NCBI GenBank assembly: GCA_045637905.1
Contig: JAZUAJ010000008.1
Location: 25,085-89,084, forward strand
Reading direction: 5' to 3'
From: Christensenellaceae bacterium
GTDB taxonomy: Bacteria > Bacillota > Clostridia > Christensenellales > Borkfalkiaceae
Length of the DNA stretch: 64,000 nucleotides
The first letter of the stretch is position 1, and the number at the start of each line of letters is the position of its first letter. Shown one piece after another: positions 53,350-61,666 of the stretch. Below the pieces are notes generated by a model, which was given only the letters and a program-made list of their open reading frames with translations, ran no database searches and was not told the origin of the DNA. A program made the translations under genes and the position numbers.

Positions 53350-55725
53350 ATGAAAGATATATATATGATAGGCAACACTCACTACGACCCTGTGTGGACT
53401 TGGACGTGGGAAGAAGGTTTAACGTCTATTCACTCAACGTTTAGAAGTGCGCTTGATAGAATGAAAGAGTTTCCCGACTTTATTTATTCGTTTTCTATTC
53501 CTATAATTTTTGAGTGGATTAAAATAATAGACCCGCCTATGTTTGAAGAAATTTGTATGCGCGTAAAAGAAGGTAGGTGGGATTTAGCCGAAGGTTGGTA
53601 CGTTCAACCGGACACTTTTTCCGCGTCTGGCGAAAGTTATGCAAGGCAATCGCTTTACGGTCAAAAATATTTGAAAGACACGTTTGGTAAATATGCAAAA
53701 AGCGTTATCGATATCGACTCTTTTGGGCACAACTCTCAAACACCGCAAATTTTAAGTAAAAGCCATATGAAATATTATTGCTTATATCGCCCTGAAAAAT
53801 GGTTTTTTGACCTTAAAAATCCTTATTTTAAGTGGAAAGGAAAAGACGGAACTTCAATTAAGGCTTTTAGATTTGGCCATTACGGTGACTTTTTTGGTAG
53901 AGAAGTTGCTAAAAATATAGAACAAGCAGAGTCTAAAATGCAAGATGCCGTTAGTGATGAAATGATTATATACGGCGTTTCCAACCACGGTGGCGCACCA
54001 ACAAAGCAAGCGGTTATTGATATAAACGAAATGAACGCCAAAAAGCCTTATACGGTCAAATGTTCAACTGTGGCGGGCTACTTTGAAGCGCAAAGTGAAC
54101 CGCCTATTACTCACGAAGGCGAAATGCTTACCAAAAACTTTGGGCCGTACGTAAACGATAGGAAAACTAAAACGCTTAATAGAAAGGGCGAATATTCCGT
54201 ATTAAACGCCGAAAAACTTGGGCTTATAGCAAGTAGCGTTTTAGGGAAAGAATATGATAGTAAAGTGTTTGAAAACGCTTGGAAAGACCTTTTATTTAAC
54301 ACTTTCCACGATATTTTAGGCGGTGCAAGTAGTGTAGACGTGTATAGGGATGCTTACGCTCAATATAAGCGCTCTATTGCAAACAGCGAAGAATCGTTAA
54401 GGCTCAACCTTATTTCTCTTGTTAAGAATATAAAAACACCGGGCGTAAACCCTGACCCTTGGAATATATTTGTATTTAACTTTAACGAAAAAGATTTTAA
54501 CGGGTACGTTGAAGCGGAAATGCAATGGCAACACGAATTTCCTAAATATTCAAAAGGTTTGGCGCTTGAAGACCAAGACGGAAATATTGTAGATTGTAGC
54601 GTTATTTTAGAAAGTTCTTCAATACCGGGGTTTAGGTCAAGGGTTGTGTTTAAGGCAAATATTCCTGCCGTTGGATATAAGGTGTTTAAAGTTGTTAAAA
54701 CTGAAAAAGAACTTCCTAAACTTGAGGAGTTTAACGTAGTTAAAACAAAGGGTTTAACTTGTGAATTTGATAAAAAAACGGGTTTAATTAAGAGTTTGTA
54801 TTCAACCGTAACAAACAAAACCTACACTCAAATTTTTACGCCTAAATGCTTTAAAGATTTAGCGGATAGCGAGTGTTTTAACTTTACCGAATACGGCGAA
54901 ATACTTGAAGATTTTACGCTTGAAAGTTTTAAAGTTATTGAAAATAACGAAATTAGAAAGGTTATAAAAGCCGTTTATAAATTCCGCAATTCTTTCTTAA
55001 CCGTTTACTATAAGTTCTATACAAGCGAAGATTATTTAGAAATTGATTATAACGTAAACTGGCGCGAAGAGCACGTTGTGTTAAAATTTCAAACTGACGC
55101 GGGCTATGAAAGGGCAACTTGCGCATCGCCTTTTGCTTACGAAGAAAGGAAAGATAGAAATGCCGATATGCCTATGGGCGAGTGGATTTGCTTGCATAAC
55201 GATAGTGAAGGCGTTGCTTATATTGCAAATTCTATTTTTGCATATAATAAGGCGGGAACTACGCTTGGTTTAAGCATTTTAAGGAGCCCAATATACGCCG
55301 ATATGCGTGACGATAGCGAAAACGACGGTAGAGATTATCCTATAATGGAACAAGGCGTTACAAGTGGTAAAATGGCTATTATACCGTACGTTGGCAATTT
55401 TGTTGAAAACGGCATAATTCAAAAAGCAAGGGAATTAAACAATCCGCCGTTTACCGTTTGCGAACCTAATCACGGTGGAAAGTTGCCGTCTACTAATAGT
55501 TTTATTAGCGTTTTAGGAAACGGGGTGCAGTTAGCAACGGCTAAAAAAGCAGAAGAAAGTAATGCAATTATTATAAGGCTTATAGGCTATTCGCAAAAAG
55601 AAGAAAGTGTAAAACTCAAAGTTTTTGATAATGAATTTAACTTTACTATAAAACCGTTTGAAATAAAAACTTTAAAAATTGAAAATAATAATATTCAAGA
55701 AGTTTTAATTACCGAAGATAAATAA
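53350..55725 (+). CDS. GH38 alpha-mannosidase, cytoplasmic
   Basis: GNTHYDPVWTW and DSFGHN motifs of the GH38 N-domain. 791 aa. AGGAGG RBS. Confidence 0.88.
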   Translation: MKDIYMIGNTHYDPVWTWTWEEGLTSIHSTFRSALDRMKEFPDFIYSFSIPIIFEWIKIIDPPMFEEICMRVKEGRWDLAEGWYVQPDTFSASGESYARQSLYGQKYLKDTFGKYAKSVIDIDSFGHNSQTPQILSKSHMKYYCLYRPEKWFFDLKNPYFKWKGKDGTSIKAFRFGHYGDFFGREVAKNIEQAESKMQDAVSDEMIIYGVSNHGGAPTKQAVIDINEMNAKKPYTVKCSTVAGYFEAQSEPPITHEGEMLTKNFGPYVNDRKTKTLNRKGEYSVLNAEKLGLIASSVLGKEYDSKVFENAWKDLLFNTFHDILGGASSVDVYRDAYAQYKRSIANSEESLRLNLISLVKNIKTPGVNPDPWNIFVFNFNEKDFNGYVEAEMQWQHEFPKYSKGLALEDQDGNIVDCSVILESSSIPGFRSRVVFKANIPAVGYKVFKVVKTEKELPKLEEFNVVKTKGLTCEFDKKTGLIKSLYSTVTNKTYTQIFTPKCFKDLADSECFNFTEYGEILEDFTLESFKVIENNEIRKVIKAVYKFRNSFLTVYYKFYTSEDYLEIDYNVNWREEHVVLKFQTDAGYERATCASPFAYEERKDRNADMPMGEWICLHNDSEGVAYIANSIFAYNKAGTTLGLSILRSPIYADMRDDSENDGRDYPIMEQGVTSGKMAIIPYVGNFVENGIIQKARELNNPPFTVCEPNHGGKLPSTNSFISVLGNGVQLATAKKAEESNAIIIRLIGYSQKEESVKLKVFDNEFNFTIKPFEIKTLKIENNNIQEVLITEDK

Positions 55726-55764
55726 AAAAAAAGCGTTTACAAAAATTTGTAAACGCTTTTTGTT
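55724..55764. terminator. bidirectional terminator
   Basis: Perfect 10-bp stem AAGCGTTTAC/GTAAACGCTT flanked by A-run and T-run. Confidence 0.78.
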
Positions 55765-55778
55765 AAAACGCATTTAAG

Positions 55779-56816
55779 TTATCTAACCATTTCATCTTTA
55801 ATTTTAGGGTTAGAGTGGGCTTTTATTATGCGTTCAACGTCTAAAAGGTCGCACTCTGCCATATCGCCAAGAATAGTTTCTTTAAGCGAAGCCATAGCGT
55901 CGCCATACTTTCCTGCCATTTCAATACTTCTATACTTGCAAAGGCCGAATAATGCGCCCGCAACGAAAGCGTCGCCCGAGCCTATTCTATCAATAACGTC
56001 AATATTTAAATAAGGCTCGTCTTGGAAATGCACGTTTTCCTTGCAGTCGTAAATAAGCGACGTAAAGTTGTGTTTTTGCGGTGAAATTACGGTGCGCTTC
56101 GTGCTTGCAATAATTTGAAGGTTAGGGTATTTTTTGCTAAATTCTTTGTGAATTTCTTTTAAAGTACCCGTCATTTTAAACATTCTTGTTAAAGTTTCTT
56201 CCGAAATAAATAAAATGTCAATTATAGGAAGTATTTCTTCAATAGTTTGCTTTGCAAGTTCTTCGCTCCAAAGTGATGCGCGGTAATTTACGTCAAACGA
56301 AACGAGTGCGCCCGCACTATGAAAATTATTTATAATTTTAATAACGTTTTTTCGTAGTTCTTCATTAAGCGCAAGGGTAATGCCAGACGTGTGAAATACG
56401 TTTGTTTCACTATAAATTTCTCTTGCAAGTTCTTCTTCTTTAAAAGTGGTAAAAGATGAGTTTTTACGGTCGTAAGAAACAACGTGAGTTCTTGGGTACG
56501 CTCCGCTTTCGTAATAGTAAATGCCAAGGCGCTTGTCTAAACTGTTATCGTAAACGATATAATCGTCACTCGTGCCGGTAAAACGAATTTCGTTTTTAAT
56601 AAACTTGCCAATTTCGTTGTTTGGAAGTTTAGTTATAATGCCCGTTCTTAAACCAAGTGAAGAAATGCCCGCAACAACGTTAAGTTCCGAGCCACCCGCC
56701 TTTTTTTCAAAAGATTCGCTATAAGAAATTCTTTCTTTTCCAACAGGGGAAAGCCTAAGCATAACTTCGCCTAAACCTAAAACGGTAAAGTTTTTGTTTT
56801 CAAGTTGTTTAATCAT
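55779..56816 (-). CDS. PfkB-family sugar kinase (2-dehydro-3-deoxygluconokinase-like)
   Basis: GGSELNVV N-terminal motif and C-terminal GSGDAFVAG ATP/anion-hole motif. 345 aa. Confidence 0.82.
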   Translation of the reverse strand: MIKQLENKNFTVLGLGEVMLRLSPVGKERISYSESFEKKAGGSELNVVAGISSLGLRTGIITKLPNNEIGKFIKNEIRFTGTSDDYIVYDNSLDKRLGIYYYESGAYPRTHVVSYDRKNSSFTTFKEEELAREIYSETNVFHTSGITLALNEELRKNVIKIINNFHSAGALVSFDVNYRASLWSEELAKQTIEEILPIIDILFISEETLTRMFKMTGTLKEIHKEFSKKYPNLQIIASTKRTVISPQKHNFTSLIYDCKENVHFQDEPYLNIDVIDRIGSGDAFVAGALFGLCKYRSIEMAGKYGDAMASLKETILGDMAECDLLDVERIIKAHSNPKIKDEMVR

Positions 56817-56880
56817 AATTGTATCTCCGTATTTTTATTATATCATACGCACTTAAAAAAATCTATACTTTAAAAAATAT

Positions 56881-56909
56881 TTGATTAAAAAAGTTGCGCT
56901 TTTTATGAT
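56881..56909 (+). promoter_or_regulatory. candidate sigma-A promoter reading into the non-coding region
   Basis: TTGATT (56881-56886), 17 nt spacer, TATGAT (56904-56909). Confidence 0.35.
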
Positions 56910-56929
56910 AAGTAAACTTTGGTTACTGC

Positions 56930-56977
56930 GTGGCTACTGTTTGTTGGCAACTAATTAAAAGGAATAAACTTGTAGTT
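56930..56977. repeat. direct repeat copy B (48 nt)
   Basis: gtggctactgtttgttggcaactaattaaaaggaataaacttgtagtt. About 45 of ~50 aligned positions match copy A (57241-57289) by eye. The first 24 nt are identical. Confidence 0.75.
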
Positions 56978-57149
56978 AATAATGAAATCTTGCTTTGTAA
57001 GATGAAATACAAACGAGTTTGTATAAAATTTAAGGCTGTGCTTTAAATGAAATTAAATCCACCACATATAACCCCGCGGTAGTGGGATTTCATTGCGTAG
57101 CAATTTCATTTACGCAAGTAAATTTATTCCGCGATAAGCGGATTTAACT

Positions 57150-57181
57150 GAAAAAGCGACAAGTTCACTTGTCGCTTTTTC
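57150..57181. terminator. bidirectional terminator (ends the decayed tRNA-Leu copy on the minus strand and the candidate RNA on the plus strand)
   Basis: Stem GCGACAAGT/ACTTGTCGC flanked by A5 and T5. Confidence 0.7.
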
Positions 57182-57315
57182 TGGTGCCGGCGGTGGGGGT
57201 CGCTCCGCTAACGCTATCACGCCTGTGTGGCAAACAGTAGGTGGCTACTGTTTGTTGGCAACTAAATTAAAAGACTAAACTTATAAGTTGCCAATTCCCA
57301 CCCGTTCGCCCCCAC
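57182..57315 (-). pseudogene. decayed tRNA-Leu copy with ~66-nt insertion in place of the anticodon arm
   Basis: The 3' 21 nt (cgacccccaccgccggcacca on the minus strand) are identical to tRNA-Leu. D-arm-like GGTGGGAATTGGCAAC compares with GGTGGAATTGGCAGAC. Variable-arm-like GTGATAGCGTTAGCGG compares with GTGGTAGCGATACCGT. The acceptor 5' strand and the T-stem are not conserved. Confidence 0.5.
57241..57289. repeat. direct repeat copy A (49 nt), inside the insertion of the decayed tRNA copy
   Basis: gtggctactgtttgttggcaactaaattaaaagactaaacttataagtt. It takes part in two perfect hairpins: CAAACAGTAG-gtgg-CTACTGTTTG (57231-57254) and TTGGCAAC...GTTGCCAA (57255-57294). Confidence 0.75.
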
Positions 57316-57332
57316 TTAAACTTAATAGCAAG

Positions 57333-57366
57333 TAAAAAAACGCAAGTGGAAAATCACTTGCTTTTA
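57333..57366 (-). terminator. terminator directly downstream of tRNA-Leu
   Basis: Stem GCAAGTG/CACTTGC. The minus strand is followed by U7. Confidence 0.75.
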
Positions 57367-57453
57367 TGGTGCCGGCGGTGGGGGTCGAACCCACACGGTA
57401 TCGCTACCACGGGATTTTGAGTCCCGCGCGTCTGCCAATTCCACCACGCCGGC
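57367..57453 (-). tRNA. tRNA-Leu (anticodon CAA)
   Basis: Manual cloverleaf. Acceptor GCCGGCG/CGCCGGC, anticodon stem CGGGA/TCCCG with loop CTCAAAA, long variable arm, T-arm GTGGG-TTCGACC-CCCAC, encoded CCA. Confidence 0.92.
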
Positions 57454-57574
57454 GTAAAATATAAAATTAAGTTGCTTTTTTTAGCATTTTGTGTAATACT
57501 ATATTACAAAAGCACAAATATAATAGCATAGCGTTAAAAAAATTGCAAACGTTTTATGCTAAATTTAGGAATTT

Positions 57575-60127
57575 ATGGAAAAACTTGTTTTAATTGACGG
57601 TAACAGTTTAATAAATAGGGCGTTTTACGCAACTCCGCCTTTAACCGATAAAAACGGCGCTCCAACCAACGCGGTTTACGGCTTTGTTAATATGTTAATA
57701 AAAGTTATAGGCGATATTAAACCAAAATATATGGTAGTTGCGTTTGACGTGCACGCCAAAACTTTTAGGCATAATATGTACGATGGCTATAAGGCTACGC
57801 GTAAGCCTATGCCGGAAGACTTGCGCCCACAAATTCCACTATTAAAAAAAGTGCTTGCTACAATGGGCATAAAGACCTTTGAAAAGGCGGGAATAGAAGC
57901 CGACGATATTATAGGTACGCTTGCAAAACGCTACAAGGGCGAAACTATAATTATTACTGGTGATAAAGACAGTTTTCAATTAGTTGACGAAACTACTTCC
58001 GTTTATTTTACACGCCGTGGCATAAGTGATACCGACGTGTATAACGCTCAAAATTTTAAAGAAAAAACTCAAATTGAGCCTATGCAAATTATCGATTTAA
58101 AAGCGTGTATGGGCGACAGTTCCGACAATATTCCCGGCATAGTTGGCGTTGGCGAAAAAACGGCTTTAGACCTTGTTACAAAGTACGGCAGTTTAGAAAA
58201 TATTTACGAGCATTTACAAGATTTTAAAGGCAAGTTAAAAGAGAAAATTGAAAGTGGTAAAGACCTTGCGTTTTTATCAAAAACTTTGGCAACTATTAAC
58301 ACCTTTGTTGAAATTCCAGTTAAAATTGAAGACTGCGGTTTTGCCTTTCCGTTTAATCAAGAAGTTAAGCGACTTTTTAGCGAACTTAATTTTAGAACCT
58401 TTTTAAAAAGAAGTGAAATTTTTGACGGCGAAGTAGAGCAAATTGAAACAAGAAAAGAAATCAAAATTTGCGATATCACAAGCGAAAATGAGTTTTTTTC
58501 TATTCCGTTTAAAAATGAAGTTACGCTTGCGGTTGACTCAAATATTCACCTTTATTTTGGCGAAGAAACAGAGTACGTTTTAAAGGTAAAAGAAACGTTT
58601 TTTGACCAAGGCTTTGAGTTTGAAGAAGCCGTTAAACTACTTAAAACGATAGTTGAAAATCCTAAAAACACTATAATTTGTCATAGCCTTAAAAAGTTAA
58701 AAGATTTACTTTTTGACTTTGATATTTTAGTAAAAGCCAACGCGCAAGACGTTGACATTATGCGCTATTTAGTTGACTTTAACGGCTACGAAGAAAGCCT
58801 TGACGAACTCATTTATTATTACGGAAAATCTAAGCAAACACCCGCGTATTCGCTATACGAAATCTACTTAGAACTTTCTAAAAAAATTGAAGAGCACGGC
58901 GTTCAAAAACTATATAGCGAAGTTGAACTTCCGCTATCAAACGTTTTAACCGAAATGGAACGCGACGGGTTTAAGGTTGACGTTGTTGCACTAAATGAAA
59001 TTAAGGTTGAATATAAAAAAATTCTTAACGAGTTAGCCGAAAAAATTAACGAGTACGCAGGGCAAAATTTAAACCCTAATTCACCAAAACAAATAGGCGA
59101 AATAATTTACGGCAAATTAAATTTAACTGCTGGCAAAAAAAATAAAAACGGCAACTATTCAACTAATGCCGAAACCTTAGAACAAATTGCAGACGCGCAC
59201 CCTATAATTCCCCTTATATTAGAATATAGAACGGCGCAAAAACTATATTCTTCGTACCTTGAAGGTATGGGCAACTTAATTGATAAACAAACGGGGCTTG
59301 TGCACACGTCGTTTAATCAAACTTTAACTCAAACGGGCAGGCTTTCATCAAAAGAGCCTAATCTTCAAAATATTCCTGTAAGAGACGAGCAGGGTAGACA
59401 GTTAAGAAAACTCTTTATTCCGCGCGATAAAAATAGAGTTTTAGTTGATGCCGACTATTCTCAAATAGAACTCAGGCTTCTTGCGCATTTTAGCAATTCG
59501 CAAATTTTAATTGACGCGTATAATAGCGGTAAAGATATTCACGCTTTAACTGCAAGCCAAGTGTTTAACGTTCCGCTTAGCGAAGTTACAAGTTCAATGC
59601 GTAGCAAGGCAAAAGCGGTAAACTTTGGCATAATTTACGGCATTAGCGAGTACGGGCTTGCAAAAAACTTAAAAATTAGCCCGAAAGTTGCAAAAGAATA
59701 TATTAAAAAGTATTTTGAAATGTACCCAAGCGTTAAAGAGTATATGGATTCTAACGTTGAATTTGCCAAAAAGAACGGTTACGTTTCAACGCTGTTAAAT
59801 AGAAGGCGTTATATAAAGGAAATAAATTCGCCTAATTTTGCGGTGCGCAGTTTTGGCGAGCGCGCGGCTAAAAATATGCCACTTCAAGGCACGAGCGCCG
59901 ATATTATTAAAGTGGCAATGGTAAAGGTGAGCGAAAGGCTTAAAAAAGAGTGTGTTGACAGTAAACTTATATTGCAAGTTCACGACGAACTTATTGTTGA
60001 CGCGCTTGAAAGCGAAGTTGAAACGGCCAAAAAAATAGTTAAAGAAGAAATGGAAAACGCCGTTTCGCTTAAAGTTCCATTAACGGTTGAAATTAAAACG
60101 GGAAAAAGTTGGTTTGAAACAAAATGA
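57575..60127 (+). CDS. polA: DNA polymerase I
   Basis: 850 aa. N-terminal 5'-3' exonuclease domain. Pol motif A DYSQIELRLLAH. Motif C QVHDELIV. Confidence 0.93.
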   Translation: MEKLVLIDGNSLINRAFYATPPLTDKNGAPTNAVYGFVNMLIKVIGDIKPKYMVVAFDVHAKTFRHNMYDGYKATRKPMPEDLRPQIPLLKKVLATMGIKTFEKAGIEADDIIGTLAKRYKGETIIITGDKDSFQLVDETTSVYFTRRGISDTDVYNAQNFKEKTQIEPMQIIDLKACMGDSSDNIPGIVGVGEKTALDLVTKYGSLENIYEHLQDFKGKLKEKIESGKDLAFLSKTLATINTFVEIPVKIEDCGFAFPFNQEVKRLFSELNFRTFLKRSEIFDGEVEQIETRKEIKICDITSENEFFSIPFKNEVTLAVDSNIHLYFGEETEYVLKVKETFFDQGFEFEEAVKLLKTIVENPKNTIICHSLKKLKDLLFDFDILVKANAQDVDIMRYLVDFNGYEESLDELIYYYGKSKQTPAYSLYEIYLELSKKIEEHGVQKLYSEVELPLSNVLTEMERDGFKVDVVALNEIKVEYKKILNELAEKINEYAGQNLNPNSPKQIGEIIYGKLNLTAGKKNKNGNYSTNAETLEQIADAHPIIPLILEYRTAQKLYSSYLEGMGNLIDKQTGLVHTSFNQTLTQTGRLSSKEPNLQNIPVRDEQGRQLRKLFIPRDKNRVLVDADYSQIELRLLAHFSNSQILIDAYNSGKDIHALTASQVFNVPLSEVTSSMRSKAKAVNFGIIYGISEYGLAKNLKISPKVAKEYIKKYFEMYPSVKEYMDSNVEFAKKNGYVSTLLNRRRYIKEINSPNFAVRSFGERAAKNMPLQGTSADIIKVAMVKVSERLKKECVDSKLILQVHDELIVDALESEVETAKKIVKEEMENAVSLKVPLTVEIKTGKSWFETK

Positions 60128-60711
60128 GTAATTACGTTGTTGCCGTAACGGGCGGAATAGGTAGTGGAAAATCTACCGTGTCGAATATCATTAAAGAACT
60201 TGGCTACGCTGTTTTTAGCGCGGACGAAGTTTATAAAAACTTGCTTAACGATAGCGAGTTTTTTAACGGTGTTCTTTCTTCCGTGGGCGTTACTTATAAC
60301 GGCGATAAAAAGGCTTCGCTTAAAGAAGTTTCTTCTATCGTTTTTTCAAGCAAAGAAGCGTTAAATAAATTAAATAACTATACTCACCCTAAAATTATGC
60401 AAAAACTTTTTGAATTAAACAAAAGCAAAAACGGCGTTGTGTTTAACGAAGTTCCGCTTTTATTCGAAGGCGGTTACGAAAGTTTTTATAACGAAGTTAT
60501 AATTGTGTTAAGAGATAAGCAAAAAAGAATACAAAGCATAATTAAGCGCGACGGTTTAACTAATCAAGAAATTGAAAACAGAATAAAAAATCAATTTAAT
60601 TACGAAAATAATCAAATTATTAAGCATACTGTTATATATAACGACGGCTCTTTAATACAGTTAGAGCGTAGCGTTAAGGCAGTAGTTAATGAAATTATTA
60701 AAAAAGTATAG
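60124..60711 (+). CDS. coaE: dephospho-CoA kinase
   Basis: P-loop VTGGIGSGKST. ATGA overlap with polA (conserved polA-coaE linkage). Confidence 0.88.
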   Translation: MSNYVVAVTGGIGSGKSTVSNIIKELGYAVFSADEVYKNLLNDSEFFNGVLSSVGVTYNGDKKASLKEVSSIVFSSKEALNKLNNYTHPKIMQKLFELNKSKNGVVFNEVPLLFEGGYESFYNEVIIVLRDKQKRIQSIIKRDGLTNQEIENRIKNQFNYENNQIIKHTVIYNDGSLIQLERSVKAVVNEIIKKV

Positions 60712-61219
60712 TATAATATTTATTTTTCCTATAATTTTAGCCGTAATTATAACGAGTTTTTTTTGTTACGACGTTGGCGGTTATCAAAAATTTATAAGCC
60801 TTGTTAAAAGGAACAGTAAAGAAGCGGGCGTAAGCCAAAGTTTAGTTTTTGCAATTATAAAAACGGAAAGTAATTTTAATAAAAACGCCGTATCAAAAAA
60901 GGGTGCAATAGGCTTAATGCAAATAACTAATAAAACGGCTAAATACGTTGCCGAGTTTACTAATTTTAACGGAAATTTAGACCTTTTTAACGAAGAAGTA
61001 AACGTTTATTTAGGCGTTCAATATCTTAAATATTTATCGCAAAAATTTAGCGATGAAAACGCCGTAATTTGCGCATATAACGCGGGCGAAACAAAGGTTA
61101 AAGAGTGGCTTAACGAAAGCCAAACTTTAATAAAAGAAAAGGTAAGTTATAAGGAAACTAAAAAATATTTAACTAAAGTTAAAAGGCGACAAAAACTTTA
61201 TAAAATTCTAATAAATTAA
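60689..61219 (+). CDS. lytic transglycosylase (SLT domain), membrane-anchored
   Basis: N-terminal TM segment. AIIKTESNFNKNAVSKKGAIGLMQI catalytic-Glu motif. AYNAG motif. Confidence 0.8.
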   Translation: MKLLKKYSIIFIFPIILAVIITSFFCYDVGGYQKFISLVKRNSKEAGVSQSLVFAIIKTESNFNKNAVSKKGAIGLMQITNKTAKYVAEFTNFNGNLDLFNEEVNVYLGVQYLKYLSQKFSDENAVICAYNAGETKVKEWLNESQTLIKEKVSYKETKKYLTKVKRRQKLYKILIN

Positions 61220-61246
61220 GGCGTAAATTTTTACGCCTTTTTTTGT
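61218..61246 (+). terminator. intrinsic terminator
   Basis: Stem AAGGCGTAA/TTACGCCTT followed by T7. Confidence 0.75.
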
Positions 61247-61290
61247 TTTAATTTTTTGTTATAAGCACATACTTAGTAAAAAAGGGTTTT

Positions 61291-61665
61291 ATGCTTGAAA
61301 ACAATGCAAAAATTATTTTAAATTATATAAATTCGAATTGCTTAAACGGAAAATTCGTGGTGCTTACTATTGAAGAAATTTTAAGCGCTTTTCCTATGCA
61401 TTTAAACGTTCAAAAAGAAACTGTTAAAAACGCAATAACGAGTTTATTTCAAAGCGGTTTTATTCGTTTAAAGTATGACGACGGTTTTAGTTTTTGCGTT
61501 TCTTCAACCGAAAAAGGTTTAAATTACAAAGACGAATTTATAAAAGAAAGCACGCCAACTTTTAACAAGTTAGAACTTTTAGGTTGGTGTGTCTTTTTCT
61601 CTTTTTTAGGCGCGTTTTTAGGGGCGGTAATAGCCGTGTTTTTAAGCGCGATTTGGAGAGTGTAA
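61291..61665 (+). CDS. hypothetical protein: putative winged-helix N-domain plus C-terminal TM anchor
   Basis: 124 aa. Hydrophobic C-terminal LLGWCVFFSFLGAFLGAVIAVFLSAIW. Paralogous to the next ORF. Confidence 0.55.
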   Translation: MLENNAKIILNYINSNCLNGKFVVLTIEEILSAFPMHLNVQKETVKNAITSLFQSGFIRLKYDDGFSFCVSSTEKGLNYKDEFIKESTPTFNKLELLGWCVFFSFLGAFLGAVIAVFLSAIWRV

Positions 61666-61666
61666 A

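Larger units (their letters stand above)
56916..57181 (+). ncRNA. candidate ~265-nt structured RNA (promoter-to-terminator bounded; hypothetical)
   Basis: A series of hairpins: ACAAAC/GTTTGT 57009-57022, AAATCC..CAC/GTGGGATTT 57055-57090, TTGCGTA/TACGCAA 57094-57117, TCCGC/GCGGA 57128-57142. It ends in the terminator at 57150-57181. No ORF above 14 codons. Confidence 0.3.

Noticed and set aside
57055-57065. DnaA-box-like AAATCCACC (and AAATCCACA at 40471-40479) as a possible origin signal
   Set aside because: These are isolated 7-of-9 matches with no cluster of boxes, no adjacent dnaA or dnaN and no AT-rich unwinding element in the proper arrangement.
57300-57330. tmRNA or another tRNA-like functional RNA formed by pairing GTGGGGGCG (5') with CGACCCCCAC (3') in the decayed tRNA copy
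   Set aside because: The pairing needs a bulge and leaves an 11-nt 3' tail. There is no T-arm, no tag reading frame and no tmRNA-like pseudoknot. A pseudogene with a coincidental G/C-rich complement is more parsimonious.
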